Source: the human T2T-CHM13v2.0 reference genome, Homo sapiens. From it: a DNA stretch of 64,000 nucleotides. The stretch lies in assembly GCF_009914755.1 (NCBI RefSeq), contig NC_060930.1, one strand, 5' to 3'. Every line of letters begins with the position of its first letter. Within the stretch, counting starts at the first letter, position 1. The notes beneath the pieces are model-generated. The model saw only the letters and a list, made by a program, of their open reading frames with translations, was not told the origin of the DNA and did not search any database. Below, in pieces: positions 1 through 13,187 of this stretch. Both the position numbers and the translations under genes were made by a program.

Positions 1-2600
1 ACTAACTTCTTATCATCAGTATGGTACATTTATTCCAATTAATGAACCAATATTGATATATTATTTTTAAGTAATGCCCGTACTGGATTCAGATTTCCTT
101 ACTTTTTACCTAAGATCCTTTTTCTGTTCCAGGATCCTATCCAGGATATCACATCACCTTAAGTCATCGTGTCTCCTTAGGCTCCTCCTGGCTGTGACAA
201 TTTCTCAGGTGATCCTTGTTCTTGATGACCTTGAGAGCTCTGAGGAGTACCAGTTAGATAAATTGTAAGATGCCCTCCTATTGGGATGAGCTGAGGTTTT
301 TCTCATGACTAGACTGGGGCAATGTGTTTTGGACAGAAAAACTATAAGAATACCATTCTTATCACATCATATTCAAGGTACTTACTGTCAAAATGACTTT
401 TCACTGTTGATGCTGATCTTGATCACCTGGCTGAAGTAATGTTTGTCAAGTTTTTCCACTGAAATGTTACTCTTTTCCCCCCTTTTTATAAGGTATCACA
501 GGCAGCCTCATTGATTGTGCTTCACTTCATTGCAGTCTGTAGATGTTGCATTTATTATAAAGTAATGGCTTGTGTAAACCCTGCACCAAGCAAGTCTATC
601 AGCTCTACTTTCCTGACAGTATGAGCTCACTTCATGTCTCTGGGTTACATTTTGGTCCTTCTCACAATATTTCAAATTTTCATTATTATTTTATCTGTTG
701 TGGTGATCTGTGATCAGTGATTGTTAATTCACCCATCTTTGATATTATTATCATAATTGTTTTAGGGTACCATGACCCATGCACATATAAGATGATGAAC
801 TTAATTGCTAAATGTTGGGAGTGTTCTGACTGCTTCAGTGACTGGCCATTTCCCCATCTCTCTCTGTTTCTTCAGGCCTCCCTATTCCCTGAGATGCAAT
901 AATATTGAAATTAGTCCTATTAACAAAATTCCAGTGGCCTCTGAGTGAAAGGAAGAGTCACACGTCTTTCACTTTATTAAAAGCTGGAAATGATTAAGGT
1001 TAGTGAGAAGGCCATGTAGAAAGCCAAGACAGGCTGAAAGCTAGACCTCATGGGCCAAAAGTTAGCCAAGTGGTGAATGCAAAGAAAAAGTTTTTTGAAG
1101 GAAATTAAAAGTGCTACTCTAGTAAACACACAAATGATAAGAAAGCAAAACAGCCTTATTGCTGATATGGAGAAAGTTCAGGTGGTCTGGATAGAAGATC
1201 AAATCAGCCACAATACTCCCTTAAGCCAAAGCCTAAACCAGCATAAGACATTTCAAGTCTACGAAGGTTGAGAAAATTAAGGAAACTGCAGAAGAAAAGT
1301 TTGAAGCTAGCAGAGGTTGGTTCATGAGATTTAAGGAAAGAAGCAGTTTCCATAAAGGTGTAAGGTGAAAGAGCAAGTGCTGATGGAGAAACTTCAATAA
1401 GTTATCCAGAATATCTAGCTTAGATAATTGATAAAAGTGGCTACAGTAAACAGCATATTTTTAATCTAAACGAAACAGCTTTCTATTGGATAAAGATATC
1501 ATCTAGTACTTTCATGGCTAGGAGAAGTCAATGCCTGGTTTCAAATCTTCACAGGGCGGTCTGACTCCCTTGTTTGGAGCTAATGCAGCTGGTGACTTTT
1601 AAGTTGAAGTCAGTGCTCCTTTATCATTATGAAAATCCTAGGGCCATTAAGAATTATAGTACTTTACCTGTGCTCTATAAAGGGAAAAAAAGAAGCTTGG
1701 ATGACAGCACATCTGTTTATGCCATGGTTTCCTAAATATTGTAAACCACATAATTGTTTGGAAGAATTTGATGACTGGGGGAGAGGGGCTCAAAACTTCA
1801 ATGGAGGAAGTCACTACAGATGTGGGAGAAATAGCAAGGGAATTAGAATTAGAAGTTGGGCCTGAAGATGTGACTGAATTGCTGCAATCTCACCATCAAA
1901 CTTGAATGGATAAAGAGTTGCTTCTTATGGAGGAGCAAAGAAAATGGTTTCTTGAGATGGAACCTACCCATACTGAAGATGCTGTGAACATTGTTGAAAT
2001 GACAACAAAGGATTTACAATATTACAGAAACTTAGCTGGTAAAGCAGTGGCAGGATTTGAGAGGTTTGACTAAAATGTTGGCAGTTCTTTCAGGAGTAAA
2101 ATGCTATCAAACAGCATTGTATGCTATAGAGAAAGGAAGAGTCACTTGCTGTGGTAAACTGTATTGTTGTTTTATTTCAAGAAATTGCCACAGCCACTCA
2201 ACCTTCATCATCTACTACTGTGATCAGTCAGCAGTGATCAATGTCAAGGCAAGACCCTCAAACAGCAAAAACACTGTGACTCACTGAAGAGTCAGATGAT
2301 CATTAGCAATTTTGGGGAATAAAGTATTTTTAAATTAATGTCTATACATTTTTTTAGACATAATGTTGTTGCACATTTAAGAGACCATAGTATAATATAA
2401 ACATAACTTTTATATGCAGTGCAAACCAAAAAATTCCTATGACTCTCTTTATTGTGACATTCTTCCATTGCAGTGATCTGGAACTGAACCCGCAATATCT
2501 CCAAGGTAGGCCTCTGTTTCTAGGGAAGTCATTATGTATGATCTACATTTAGGGAGTGGCACGACCTCCTTGAGGACTGAGTATATTCTGTTCAATTTTA
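1..2600 (-). mobile_element. L1MC-type LINE-1 3' UTR fragment, interrupted by Tigger1 (pieces 1-498 and 2515-~2600)
   Basis: Reverse complement matches the L1MC 3' UTR seen on + at 50590-51640 (e.g. gatcacctggctgaagtaatgtttgtcaagttt vs aaacttgacaaacactacctcagccaggtaatc); the sequence resumes colinearly after 2514. Confidence 0.75.
499..2514 (+). mobile_element. Tigger1 DNA transposon (pogo/TcMar) with internal deletion and dead transposase
   Basis: TIR-like ends caggcagcctca (499) and gcaatatctccaaggtaggcctc (2514). ORF 1077..1271 gives [48 protein letters not shown], the Tigger1/TIGD1 HTH region. Stops, frameshifts and a ~340-bp deletion near 1750. Confidence 0.93.
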
Positions 2601-3659
2601 CCATCAGGCTTTATATGTTTGTTTTTATGCAACATTTTACAAGGGTTGTGCTAAGTTATTGATGACATTTATGCACTTACAAGACAACTGGCATACTATT
2701 GTGACTTGGGTAAAGGTGCAGAACTGGGTAAAGAAAGAAAATGTTCTTTTCATTTACTGGACACTTTGTGGGCAGTAGACCCTGGCCACAAACATAATGC
2801 TGTGGGTATCAAAGATCTGCTCTCAAGAAGGTTATAGTTAAGTACAATAAACTAGCACAGTTTTTTAGATAGAAAATCTGTACGAAGGTATAGACAAGAA
2901 CTTTAAGACATAAATAATTTTTTTTTTTTTTTTTTTTTTTTTGCTGCCTGGAGTCAAATTCCCATAGGGTATTTCAATGTCTCTCAGTCTACTAGGAATT
3001 TAGTGTAAATAGATATGCGAAGGTGGGTCTTCCAATTAGCCAGATGTGACCCCGTTGATGTCCTAGAGGAGAGGCATGGTATATAACCCTTAGCTTTTGC
3101 TGGTGGGTTCTCAAAGGGCCTGAGAGCAGCATGATCCCTTGAGGCCCCTGTGATATAAGCCACAGAATGACTGGGCCAGTGAAAAAGTATTCTTCCATTT
3201 TACCCAAATGACTTTTTCACGAGCTGCGTAAGTTTATTTTTATCTTCCATTTGGCCTAAAATAGTAATTTTGCTTCATTTCTTTAGGCTTTTGAGCCTCA
3301 ATTATATATCCTTGACAAGAAATTCCCAAAGAGTATTTCAGATCACCAGGTCACAGGATGTCAATATACAGTATACAAAAAAAAAATGATTTCTGTAAGT
3401 ATATAATCTTGAAGTTTCATTAGGCTTAGTGAACTTAAGGTTTATTTTCACTCTTTTCTTTTTCTTAATTAGACCTAAAATAAACACAGCTAGAACCAAA
3501 AGTATACTAATTGAATTCCAAATTATTCCTTTTTTTCTTTTGCCACACTGAAAGAAGCTTAGTTCTGTATGGTGTCCAGGTTGGCCTATAATGGCTGCTG
3601 AGTAAATTTTGACTGTTACAAACCGACTACAGTGATCCAGCCCCACCAGCCCAGAGTTT

Positions 3660-4015
3660 GTTTAGGGTAGATTCTGCCACATTTCTGACTGAGACTTAGA
3701 GGGAGAAGGCTGAGAAGGCTTTGGGAAAGCCTTAAATTAGATGAATAAGGAAGAGATTTTGGATATCATCCTTTATGAATTGGTTCCTGGTCTGCTGTGG
3801 CTATTTATGAGCACAAAGGGCACTCGCTTGGGGGCAGTCGGACATGCTGAAGATGGCAGAACAGAAAGACGAAAAGAACTTTGCTGCTTATAATGTCACC
3901 AAATGACCAAACTGACAAATCCTGGAGCCATTTGTGAGATGACACGTTTTCCTTCTTGTTGTTTTAGCCAGTTGGGTCAATAGCCAGTTATTTTCCATTT
4001 GTAGCAAAATAATGC
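3660..4015 (+). mobile_element. MaLR LTR fragment (MLT1J/I-like)
   Basis: gctgaagatggcagaacagaaagacgaaaagaac ... ttttagccagttgggtc ... ttgtagc, typical of an MLT1 3' half. Confidence 0.55.
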
Positions 4016-4330
4016 TATAAGATTCTAGGGTTGTATTCATGTAAACCACACACATGAAGGGATTTAGAGCTATTTAAGATAGTTCAAAGGTAATGTTTTC
4101 TCTACTTAGTTTTGCAATATGTGCAGACTTTAGAACCTCATCTCTGCTAAGAGGAAATGCCACAGAATAGGTTTATTGAAGAGAGTTCTTCTTGGTAGTA
4201 TCTGTCTTGTTGTCTTAGACTTATTTTGGGTTAATGTCCTAACATATGTTTCCTTTGGGAAATTTTTCTCCCGATTATAGTGGTGGGCCTCATTGTATCT
4301 CAGTAACCTTAACCTCTAGTTATAGTTTTC

Positions 4331-5266
4331 TTTGAGATAGAAAGGAAAAAAGTGTTTTTCCTACTTTCAAATTCACCACTTAACACTTTTGACATGGGAT
4401 ATACGGGTGTTTTTCACCACACACCAAACAATTCTCCAGTGTATACTGACTGGATGTTTTACAATTTAACTTAATTCTGACACTATTCACTTGGAGTTAG
4501 AATAAGATCGTACAAGTTAAGGGTTCATTCCCACAAGACTGCCCCCACTTCACATGCCAATTGCAAGTAGTAGTAAGTCGTCCCTCATACTTTTTACTGA
4601 CCAGCTATAAACTGGAGTAACCATTACTCCCTTCTTAACTTCAATTAATTTGCTAGGACAACTCACAGAACTCAGGGAAACATTTACTTATGTTTATCAG
4701 TTTAATATAAGGAATATTACACAAGATACAGAATAACAGATAAAGAGCTGCATAGGACTAGTTATGTGGGAAGGGGCGTGGAAGCCCTCTGCGTAAGACA
4801 CCCTTCAGGCACCTTCATGCGTTTAGCTATAGGGAACCTCTCTTTTTACATTTTTATGGAGGCTTCATTATAAAAGCATGATTGATTATATCACTGACAA
4901 TTGATGATCAACTCAACCTTTACTACCTCTCCCCTTCCCAGAGGTCTGAGAGTAGGGCTGAGAGTTCCAGCCCTTAATCACATAGTTCATTCTTCTGGCA
5001 ACCACCTCCTCCCATCCTATCCGGGAGCCCACCAAGTGTTACCTCGTTAGAATAAAAGACACTCATATAATTGAGGAAATTCCAAGGGACTTAAGAGCTA
5101 TATGCCAGATACTCCTATCACTCAGAAAATTGCCGAGGAGTTAGGAGCTCTGTGTCAGGAACTAGGTCAGAGACCAAATATTAGAACAAAAGATTCTCAT
5201 AACACCCCTATCTGCAACAAAGGGCAAAGAACAAATATATATTTCTTATTATTTCACAATATTGCA
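4331..5266 (-). mobile_element. MER21-family solo LTR
   Basis: cccacaagactgcccccacttcacatgccaattgcaagt, gagctctgtgtcaggaact and terminal atatatatttcttattatttcacaatattgca (reverse complement of the MER21 start TGTGATATTGTG). Confidence 0.8.
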
Positions 5267-5700
5267 AGTTTGGACTGAGATGCATGCCTGGCCCAAGCTA
5301 GGCCACTTAGGCCCAAATACTTCCAAGCATTCTCTTCAGGGCATTTGGATTTGGGTCTTCGAGGCATGGGTCAGTTTTTATTAGCTCTTGAACTGAGAAG
5401 TGATGCAAATTAAGGTCTGGGTCAATCATGCTTGGCCTTGTGCATGTCAAAGTAGAGAAAACAATTTTTTTAGAAAAAGAGAAAACTAAAGGGAGAGAAG
5501 CAGAAATAAGAGACCATGACACTTCAAAAAGACAAAGAGTAATTTTGGGTTCTTTATTATCCAGTTTCTGGATCGATTTGCTTCTGAAGGCTAGCCTTGG
5601 GTTCCATGAGATAAATTTATGCGTGCTAATGTTTCACTCTTTTTGTTGAAAAATCAGAGGCTTATGTTACTTGCAGTCTTTTAATACTTGACCAAAATAC
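5267..5700 (+). mobile_element. Old MaLR LTR fragment (MLT1K/L-like), probably split by MER21
   Basis: tggcccaagctaggcca ... gagaagcaga ... cttatgttacttgca MLT1 motifs. Confidence 0.45.
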
Positions 5701-6392
5701 TTGTGAGCTGAAAGAGACATAACAGGATTTAATTTTTCCTGTTTCGATAATGCCTCAGCAATTCACATTCATTTATGGCACTAATTTCAAACTACCTGGT
5801 ATTAGAGCTACAAGGTGATGTTTGTAAACTATTTTGATAGTGTGTGAGTTTAAGAGCAAAGATTTGCCTTATTCATGTTTTTACTCATTAAATCTGGAGG
5901 TATTATTCTTTGCCTATAATAAGAATTTAAAATATTTGTTGAAAGGTAACGATAGCCTAAAGAAAGAGAAAATATTTTCACTGATCCAAATTTAGTGTTT
6001 ATTTCAGGTATTTTATGAATAGCTCAACTGCTGAATAAAGACACATCTTAATAGAAATTATTTGCTTATCCAAAGTTATGTAACACAATTAAGTCCTTTT
6101 TTCAGGATTAATCAACACTGTTACCCAAGGAATATTTCAAAATCATAACAGAAGCCATTGTAAGGTTTTTGCATATTGTTGGAGATTAAATAGTTCTTTT
6201 TAAAGCAAACATGTTCCTTTTTAATTAACTTGAAAACAATAAATTCCAAATGAGATTTTATTGACAATGATCTTAGAACATTTTACTAAAAGGAGGCATT
6301 GCTGTAGGGGTAGTATTGCTCTAATTACCCTTCTTTTAAGCCGTGCATGAATTATTCTCTTTGAATAGTGAGAGTCAACCCTGCAAATACCG

Positions 6393-6918
6393 TGAGCAAG
6401 ATGGGCTTAGAGTTCCCCTTACCTTGATTAAACATTGGATAATCTTCTTCCCAACTCTAGGCCTCTGATCTTCGTTTGCTTAGAGTGTTTACTGTAGAAA
6501 ACTTGTCATTGCAAATTCTTTCTCTGCCCCTCTGAAAGGTTTATAAATGTCCCAGCCTCTTGCCAGTTTTGCAAGTCAGGAATGTCTTTCTGAAGAACCT
6601 GTAAGCTATCCCTTTAAAGTGTAATTAAGGAAGATAGTGCAAGTGGCTATGGCTGGGATATCAGGTATTGCCCAGTATTGATGTGAGGGTAGGAGCCTAG
6701 CTTCCTTGGGAATTTTATCTTGAAGATAAGAGAAAGTTTACATCTCTTTTAGGTAAGGCCAGTTAGCAAACACAGATATCCTACAATGCCTTTCCTCTCC
6801 CCATAGCTCTTAAAAACTCTCCAGTGCCCCTTTTTATTTGGCAGAGTTGAATTCAGAATGGATTCTGGTAGTCTTCCTTGTCTGTTTAACTTAGTTCAGT
6901 GAAATTTTTGCTTGGACA
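6393..6918 (+). mobile_element. ERV1-class solo LTR (MER90/MER67-like)
   Basis: TG...CA bounded; gaaaacttgtcattgcaaattctttctctgcccc, aggccagttagcaaacacagat, tgtttaacttagttcagtgaaatttttgcttggaca. Confidence 0.6.
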
Positions 6919-9900
6919 GTTTGGAGAAAAGAAAACGGTAATTTCCCTCAGCAGTGTTTATAAAATGCTTTTGGGAAATTATCATTATTGAACATTTTCA
7001 ATTTTGAGATATTTAATTGCCCTGTACAATTTATTTGTGAGGTAGTAATAGATTCCCCTTAAATAAGGATATGCTAATAGGCTGTACATCTCTTGCTGTC
7101 AGAGAACACCCTTCCCAGATTTTACTTCTGCCCAGTTGGGTGGGGGGAATGGCTCAGATTCCCTGGTAGTGCTGAGGTGTCTGGAGTTTCTGGAGTCATT
7201 TGCTTCCAAGACTCAGGGTGCACTCAAAGAGATCACTTTGTTAATAAGCAAGGATTGTCCTATTGAAATCTACCATTGCATACTTTCTGATTTTTACTGA
7301 TTGTAATGCTTACCTTCTAAATGCTGCAGGCTTTAATAAGTTTTGATAATGGACATTCCCATCTGTGTCAAGTATTTTCCCCTGCTTTGATAAGAGCACC
7401 TTTTCAGGTGAGCACAGATTTGTTAGGGAACCTGCTGTAAGCAAATAACTAAGCTGCTGGCAGGACTCTCACCTTCCAACTTTGTTTACCTACTCAAGTA
7501 CCTGGCTTTTATGGGTGGCCCCCTTTTCCTGGGATTTCCCATCAGAAAGACTGTCTGAGGGCTGGATTGGGGAACTGCTCACAGATGAGAGGCAGTAGAA
7601 GGAGGAAGAGGATTTGCAAAGGAGTGTCAAGGAAAGAAGGGTTGGAGGCTAAATGAGAAGAAAGTTACCACATGACATGGAAGAAAACTAGGGGAGCTGG
7701 AAGGGATCTTTGACTACAGAATGCTTGAGAAAACAAGAAATTTTTAAAAGAAAATTTTACAGTAAGGAAAAACACAAAAGATAATAAGACACACATTCTC
7801 ACCACTCAAGATTATTATCTATGAACATAGGATCTCATTTGTTTGCACCTATCACTGCATTCAAGAACACAGTTGAATCTATTGAGTTAACTGATAAACA
7901 TTTCACCTCTATTCCTCTGATACTACCTATTCTAAAGTGTATTAAAAAAGAATTAAAGAATCATATAAATTTGGACCATAATAATAGGAGTATTAGAATT
8001 AGAAAAAAGTTTCTATATAATAGGTATTCATCACTTTTTGAATCTTTGGAATTTTTCAAAGGTTTATTCTAAATTTTAAGAAGTACTTTTACTTTAGAAT
8101 ATCCAAATACCTGGATTGAAATATTTTCTATTCGCCTTCAAGTTTATTTTGACTGATTGCTACTTAATGAGAGGTTTTAAACATAACGAGATGATAGTAT
8201 TTTTAATTACTTAAAAGGTGGCCTGTCTGCTGAATCTGGTCCAAGAGAAACTTATGATGGAAGATGCATGGCAAAGCCTGTAGAAGATGAGGGTGAAGCC
8301 ATTGAGCGTGGAAGGTTAGAGAGAATGATAGGAATCCTGGATAGTAGTGTGGCAGAAGAGGGATTTGGAGAAGAACACATATGGAATGTAATATTAACTA
8401 AGCTGATTTCTGTGCGGTGTGCATTTAAACTATCCCCCTTAAAATCTTCAGGAGAATCTACTGAAAAAATATATAGGAAATCAAATCTATATTTCTTGCT
8501 GCTGCTTTTGATGAGAAAGGATTTTTTTATGGTGAATAAAGATAAGCTAAAGCTGTCTACAACAGAAGTTACACCTGAGCCAGCTGCATGACAGTTACCT
8601 CTAAAAGACTTTGTGCAGAACTCCTTCACCATGTACAAATGGAAGAGCAAATCAATTGGTCATATTTAATGAGTACCTACACTGCATGAAATTTGCAATT
8701 GAATTTTGTATCTGATAAGAACTAACATATGCTGTTGACACTATTTATCTTACACACTGAATAAGATGGTTTGTTCCATCATTTGTATACACTCTGGCTA
8801 GACATAAATATATAAGCATGGCTTTCTTATTCTTTTATTATGGAATTACCCATTTGCTCAGCTAACAGTTATTAAGCATATACTATGCTAGATGTAATAG
8901 TGCCAGAGATGGTTTCCTCAAGTTGCTCATGATTGAGGAGCTGGGATAGACATCTAAACAGGTGATTATGGTACAACACAACCTGTGAAATCATAGATGA
9001 ATTTTTTAAAGTGTTACATAAGCATGGGAAAAGAGAGTAGTAGTTGGATGTAGAGCAGGTTAAGAAAAATACTAAATATTGTATCTGCATATTCTATTAC
9101 ATGCTAAACCAGAACTTCCCTTCAACTTTCATAAAGGCTTTCCAATTAATATTTAGGGACAAGAACTGTTCTAATAACACAGATATCGTTTGTTAGAATG
9201 TGACTGTTTTTTGTTTTCTGGTCAGTTAACAAACATTGGCATTCACATACTAGTTATAGAGCTTGGCACCCAAATTTTGGAATGGAGAGGAGATCAAAGC
9301 AATCTGCTCCAAAATGAAGCCAACAAGATATTTCTGCCAAGAGATGATGGCAGTGCTCTAAATGGAATCTTCTTGTGATGGTAGAACTATTTCTCACTTT
9401 CCTTTCCTTTATAGCATATCCTGTTTACATTTGGTTAATAAATGCAAATGTAATTACCACCACAGAGCGGGCTGCTTTAAACAAGTCTATTTCCAGAGAA
9501 TTTCATTTAGGCTCCGTTGACCCACATTTACCTATGGAATGCCATCACTGTGTTATCCACATTTCATGCATCTAGATGTCACCTAGTAACAGGACTACTG
9601 AAAACATATTTGGTTTTCATGTGAGATGTATGTTCATTTAGGCAGGTATTATAATTTCTGTGTTAGCTGTTGAATTCTGTAAATTAATCAAGGCATTGTG
9701 TACAAGTTCAAAAACCTGAAAACCAATAACTGATTATCTCTGCTCTCCAAGTTGAGGCAAAAGAAGTATTTTTAGATAAGGATAATATGCAGGTATGTAA
9801 AGATTTAAAATTAAATAGTAGCAATAAAAATTTTAATTAAAAAAACTAAGGAAAAATTGTGGTATAAGGAGGTTAGAGGATACAAAGCACAGGATAATAC

Positions 9901-10350
9901 ATTGGAATCTTGGATACAAGATCATAGGAGAGAGAAGGAAATGTCCTCTCAGTAGAATACCATCTACAGATGTGGTTGGTTGGTTGTTGCTGCTGTTGGT
10001 GGTAATGGTAGTGTTTTCTTTCTGTCAGTATTTTGATTCCTACTTTAGATAATTTAAAGTTTAACTTCCTGATTAGGATCGTTTGTCATCCTGATTTAGT
10101 CATACTCTAATATCCCTGAACAAGTATAATTTCCTCAGTACCAGTGGGACCCACACTTTAGTAGGCGCTAGAAATATTTGTGGGTGCTTAACTGAAAATG
10201 CAGATTTCCAAATTTCTTCTTTGAAATTCTGCATCAACATATCAAGAGTGGGGCCTCTGAAGCTGCATCCCTATGAATATCCCTAGGAGATTTTACTTTT
10301 ATTTACTGTTAATATATTTGGTATACATTTATATATGGCATCTGTATTGC

Positions 10351-10661
10351 TTCTTTTTTGTTTTTTTTTTTTTTTTGAGATGGAGTTTTGCTCTTGTTGC
10401 CCAGGCTGGAGTGCAGTGGCACGATCTCGGCTCACTACAACTTCCGCCTCCGGGTTCATGCAATTCTCCTGCTTGAGCCTTCTGAGTAGCTTGGATTATA
10501 GGCACCCACCATCATGCCTGGCTAATTTTTTGTATTTTTAGTAGAGATGGGGTTTCACCATGTTGGTCAGGCTGGTCTCGAACTCCTGACCTCAGGTGAT
10601 CCAACCACCTAGGCCTCCCAAAAAGTGTTGAGATTACAGGCATGAGCCACTGCACCCGGCC
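10351..10661 (-). mobile_element. Alu (AluSq/Sp-like)
   Basis: Poly-T, gagttttgctcttgttgcccagg ... cccggcc; TSD tgcttcttttt. Confidence 0.95.
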
Positions 10662-11751
10662 TGCTTCTTTTTGTAGATTACTATTTTGTGTCCTTTGCCA
10701 AGTTTTTACTTTCTTTTTACTAATTTATAAAAAATCTTACAAAACATGTATCATCTTCATATATATCTATATCTTGATATTGATCTATGGCATATTCCAT
10801 TATTTAGAGAGAACTAGAGCAATTGGTTTCAGTGGGATTATGTCTTTGAAATATTAGCAAAATTTTAGCTAAGTTTCCCCTGGCATTCTCTGTTCCCCTT
10901 TTTTCCTCTATTGTCAATTCAATGTGAGAGGTTATTCTGGATTCATGGCTTTAGATTGCTAAAGAATGTGTTGGCAAAAAGCAGCAGAGGAGGAGCTATT
11001 TCTGGCTTTTAAATTTCAAGGGTTCAGGCCCTGCCAGTAATAGAAAGGACTAAGGGTAGCAAACAATAAATTTGAGACAAAAACATGATGCAGTCTTTCT
11101 GCATTCAAATTTTAGGGGAAAAAAAACTAAGGGGAGAGAAGGAACTCTTAGTTTCCTTCTGACTTGGAAAGGAAACTAAGGGTTCTTGGGGACCAGGAGG
11201 CAGCCTGTGAGGAATGGGCCTTGTTCCTTCCCTCCCCAGGAGTCAGTGCAGGAACAGAACCCCTGACAGGCCTGAGAGAAGAGAGAACTTGTGTCTCCTT
11301 TTCTTGGTTAATTTGTTAGTTGATCCCTGGGGATGAGACAAGTCCCAAGAAACAATTTCGGTGATGTCCCTAGGAACACAAGACCCCAGCTAACCTCATA
11401 AAGTTTCTAGTTCTCCATATATGGTGGGAGGACAGAATGAGTTCTTTATTCTTGAGAGCTGAGAAAAAGTAGCAAGGGTTGAAACTGGATCTGTGAAGAA
11501 CTTGTAGATAGGAATAAAAGATGACCTGAGAGCTAATTATGTGAAACAACAGTTGAGGATCTCGACCTCTTGCGCTCCCTTCATCCCATACCTTATCAAT
11601 GTGCAAACTTGATCATCTGGTTGGATGCAGAGCCAACTTCAGGAAGAATGCAGAGAGAGGATCATAAATTAAATCAATTTCTGAAAAGTAGACAAAGGTG
11701 TAATCTGTGCACACCCATTCTGTGTACAGTGCTTAGCCTGGTAAGATGTCA

Positions 11752-12191
<440 letters not shown>

Positions 12192-12568
12192 TCACCCCTG
12201 TCTTCAAACAGCTTTGTGTTAGTTGCATTATGAAAGTCCCATCTTTATCCTGGTTACCACTGTGGGAGAAGGCAGAGTAAGGTTTTCAAAACAGGTTATT
12301 ATCACATTTGCAGCAAAGCTTTGCCTGCTCTGTTAGCCCCAGGTTTGACCTTGTGAAATCAGTTGGGTATTTACAGAGTGAGCCACTGAATCTCCTACAT
12401 CATCTTCTTTTATCTTTGTTCTCTTTCTTGATTCTCTTTTATTGGGTCTATAATTCTCTGGTGCAGGTTCAGTTTATAATTCTCTGGTGCAGGTTAGTTG
12501 CCTGGGCTTATTCACCAGGAGGCCAGCTTCTGTCTCCTAATCTAAGGCTGTATTTCCTGATTTAAGAT

Positions 12569-12789
12569 CAGAGATTGGCAAACATGTTCTTCAAAGGCCC
12601 AGATAGCAAATATTTTAGGCTTTACAGGTTACACGGTCTCTTTTGCCACTCTTCATCTCTGCTATTGCAGCACAGAAACAGTCATGAACAGTATGTAAAT
12701 GATAGGCATGGTTTTGTCCCAATAAAACTCTATTTACAAAGCAAGCAGCTGGCCAGATTTGGCCAGTGAGCTTAGTTTGCCAACTCCTG
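12569..12789 (+). mobile_element. MER58A hAT-Charlie MITE
   Basis: TIRs cagagattggcaaac and gtttgccaactcctg; internal aaatattttaggcttt and ccaataaaactctatttacaaa. Confidence 0.85.
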
Positions 12790-13040
12790 TCTTAGTAACT
12801 CCCTCCATTTTTTTATCTAAGAAGCTGCTTGTTGGAAATCAGGACTTGAACTATGGTAGGGGGAATATTCAAACGTAATCTGTTCACCTTTCCAAACGAG
12901 GTACTGGAATGAGCTTGCACAGCACCACACTGACTAGACTATTGGTGTTATTTAAGGTTGACTAACACAAACTTTGAGAAGTGAGTTGAGCTCTGATCCT
13001 AACTATAGGAGTCAGACAGTCCACATTAATGGGGATAAAA

Positions 13041-13187
13041 GCCTGGGGTGGTAGCGCACATCTGTAGTCACAGCTCCTTGGGAGGCTAAGGTGGGAGGAT
13101 TGTTTGAGACCAAGAGTTTGAGACTGCAGTGAGCTATGATTGTGCTACTGCACTCTAGCCCAGGTGACAGAGTGAGACCCCATCTCC
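13041..13187 (+). mobile_element. Free Alu right monomer (FRAM/AluJ arm)
   Basis: gggaggattgtttgagaccaagagtttgagactgcagtgagctatgat. Confidence 0.85.

Noticed and set aside
1077-1271. TIGD1-like coding sequence (also 31850-32035 and 33424-33723)
   Set aside because: Fragments of dead Tigger1 transposases with stops and frameshifts, not a domesticated gene.
2918-2942. Poly-T tract suggesting a retrocopy tail
   Set aside because: I could not identify a TSD, poly(A) signal or element body adjacent to it.
8252-8650. Overlapping antiparallel ORFs (132 aa on -, 107 aa on +) in apparently unique DNA
   Set aside because: No recognisable domain, weak start context and no convincing splice structure; the lengths are attainable by chance in 64 kb.
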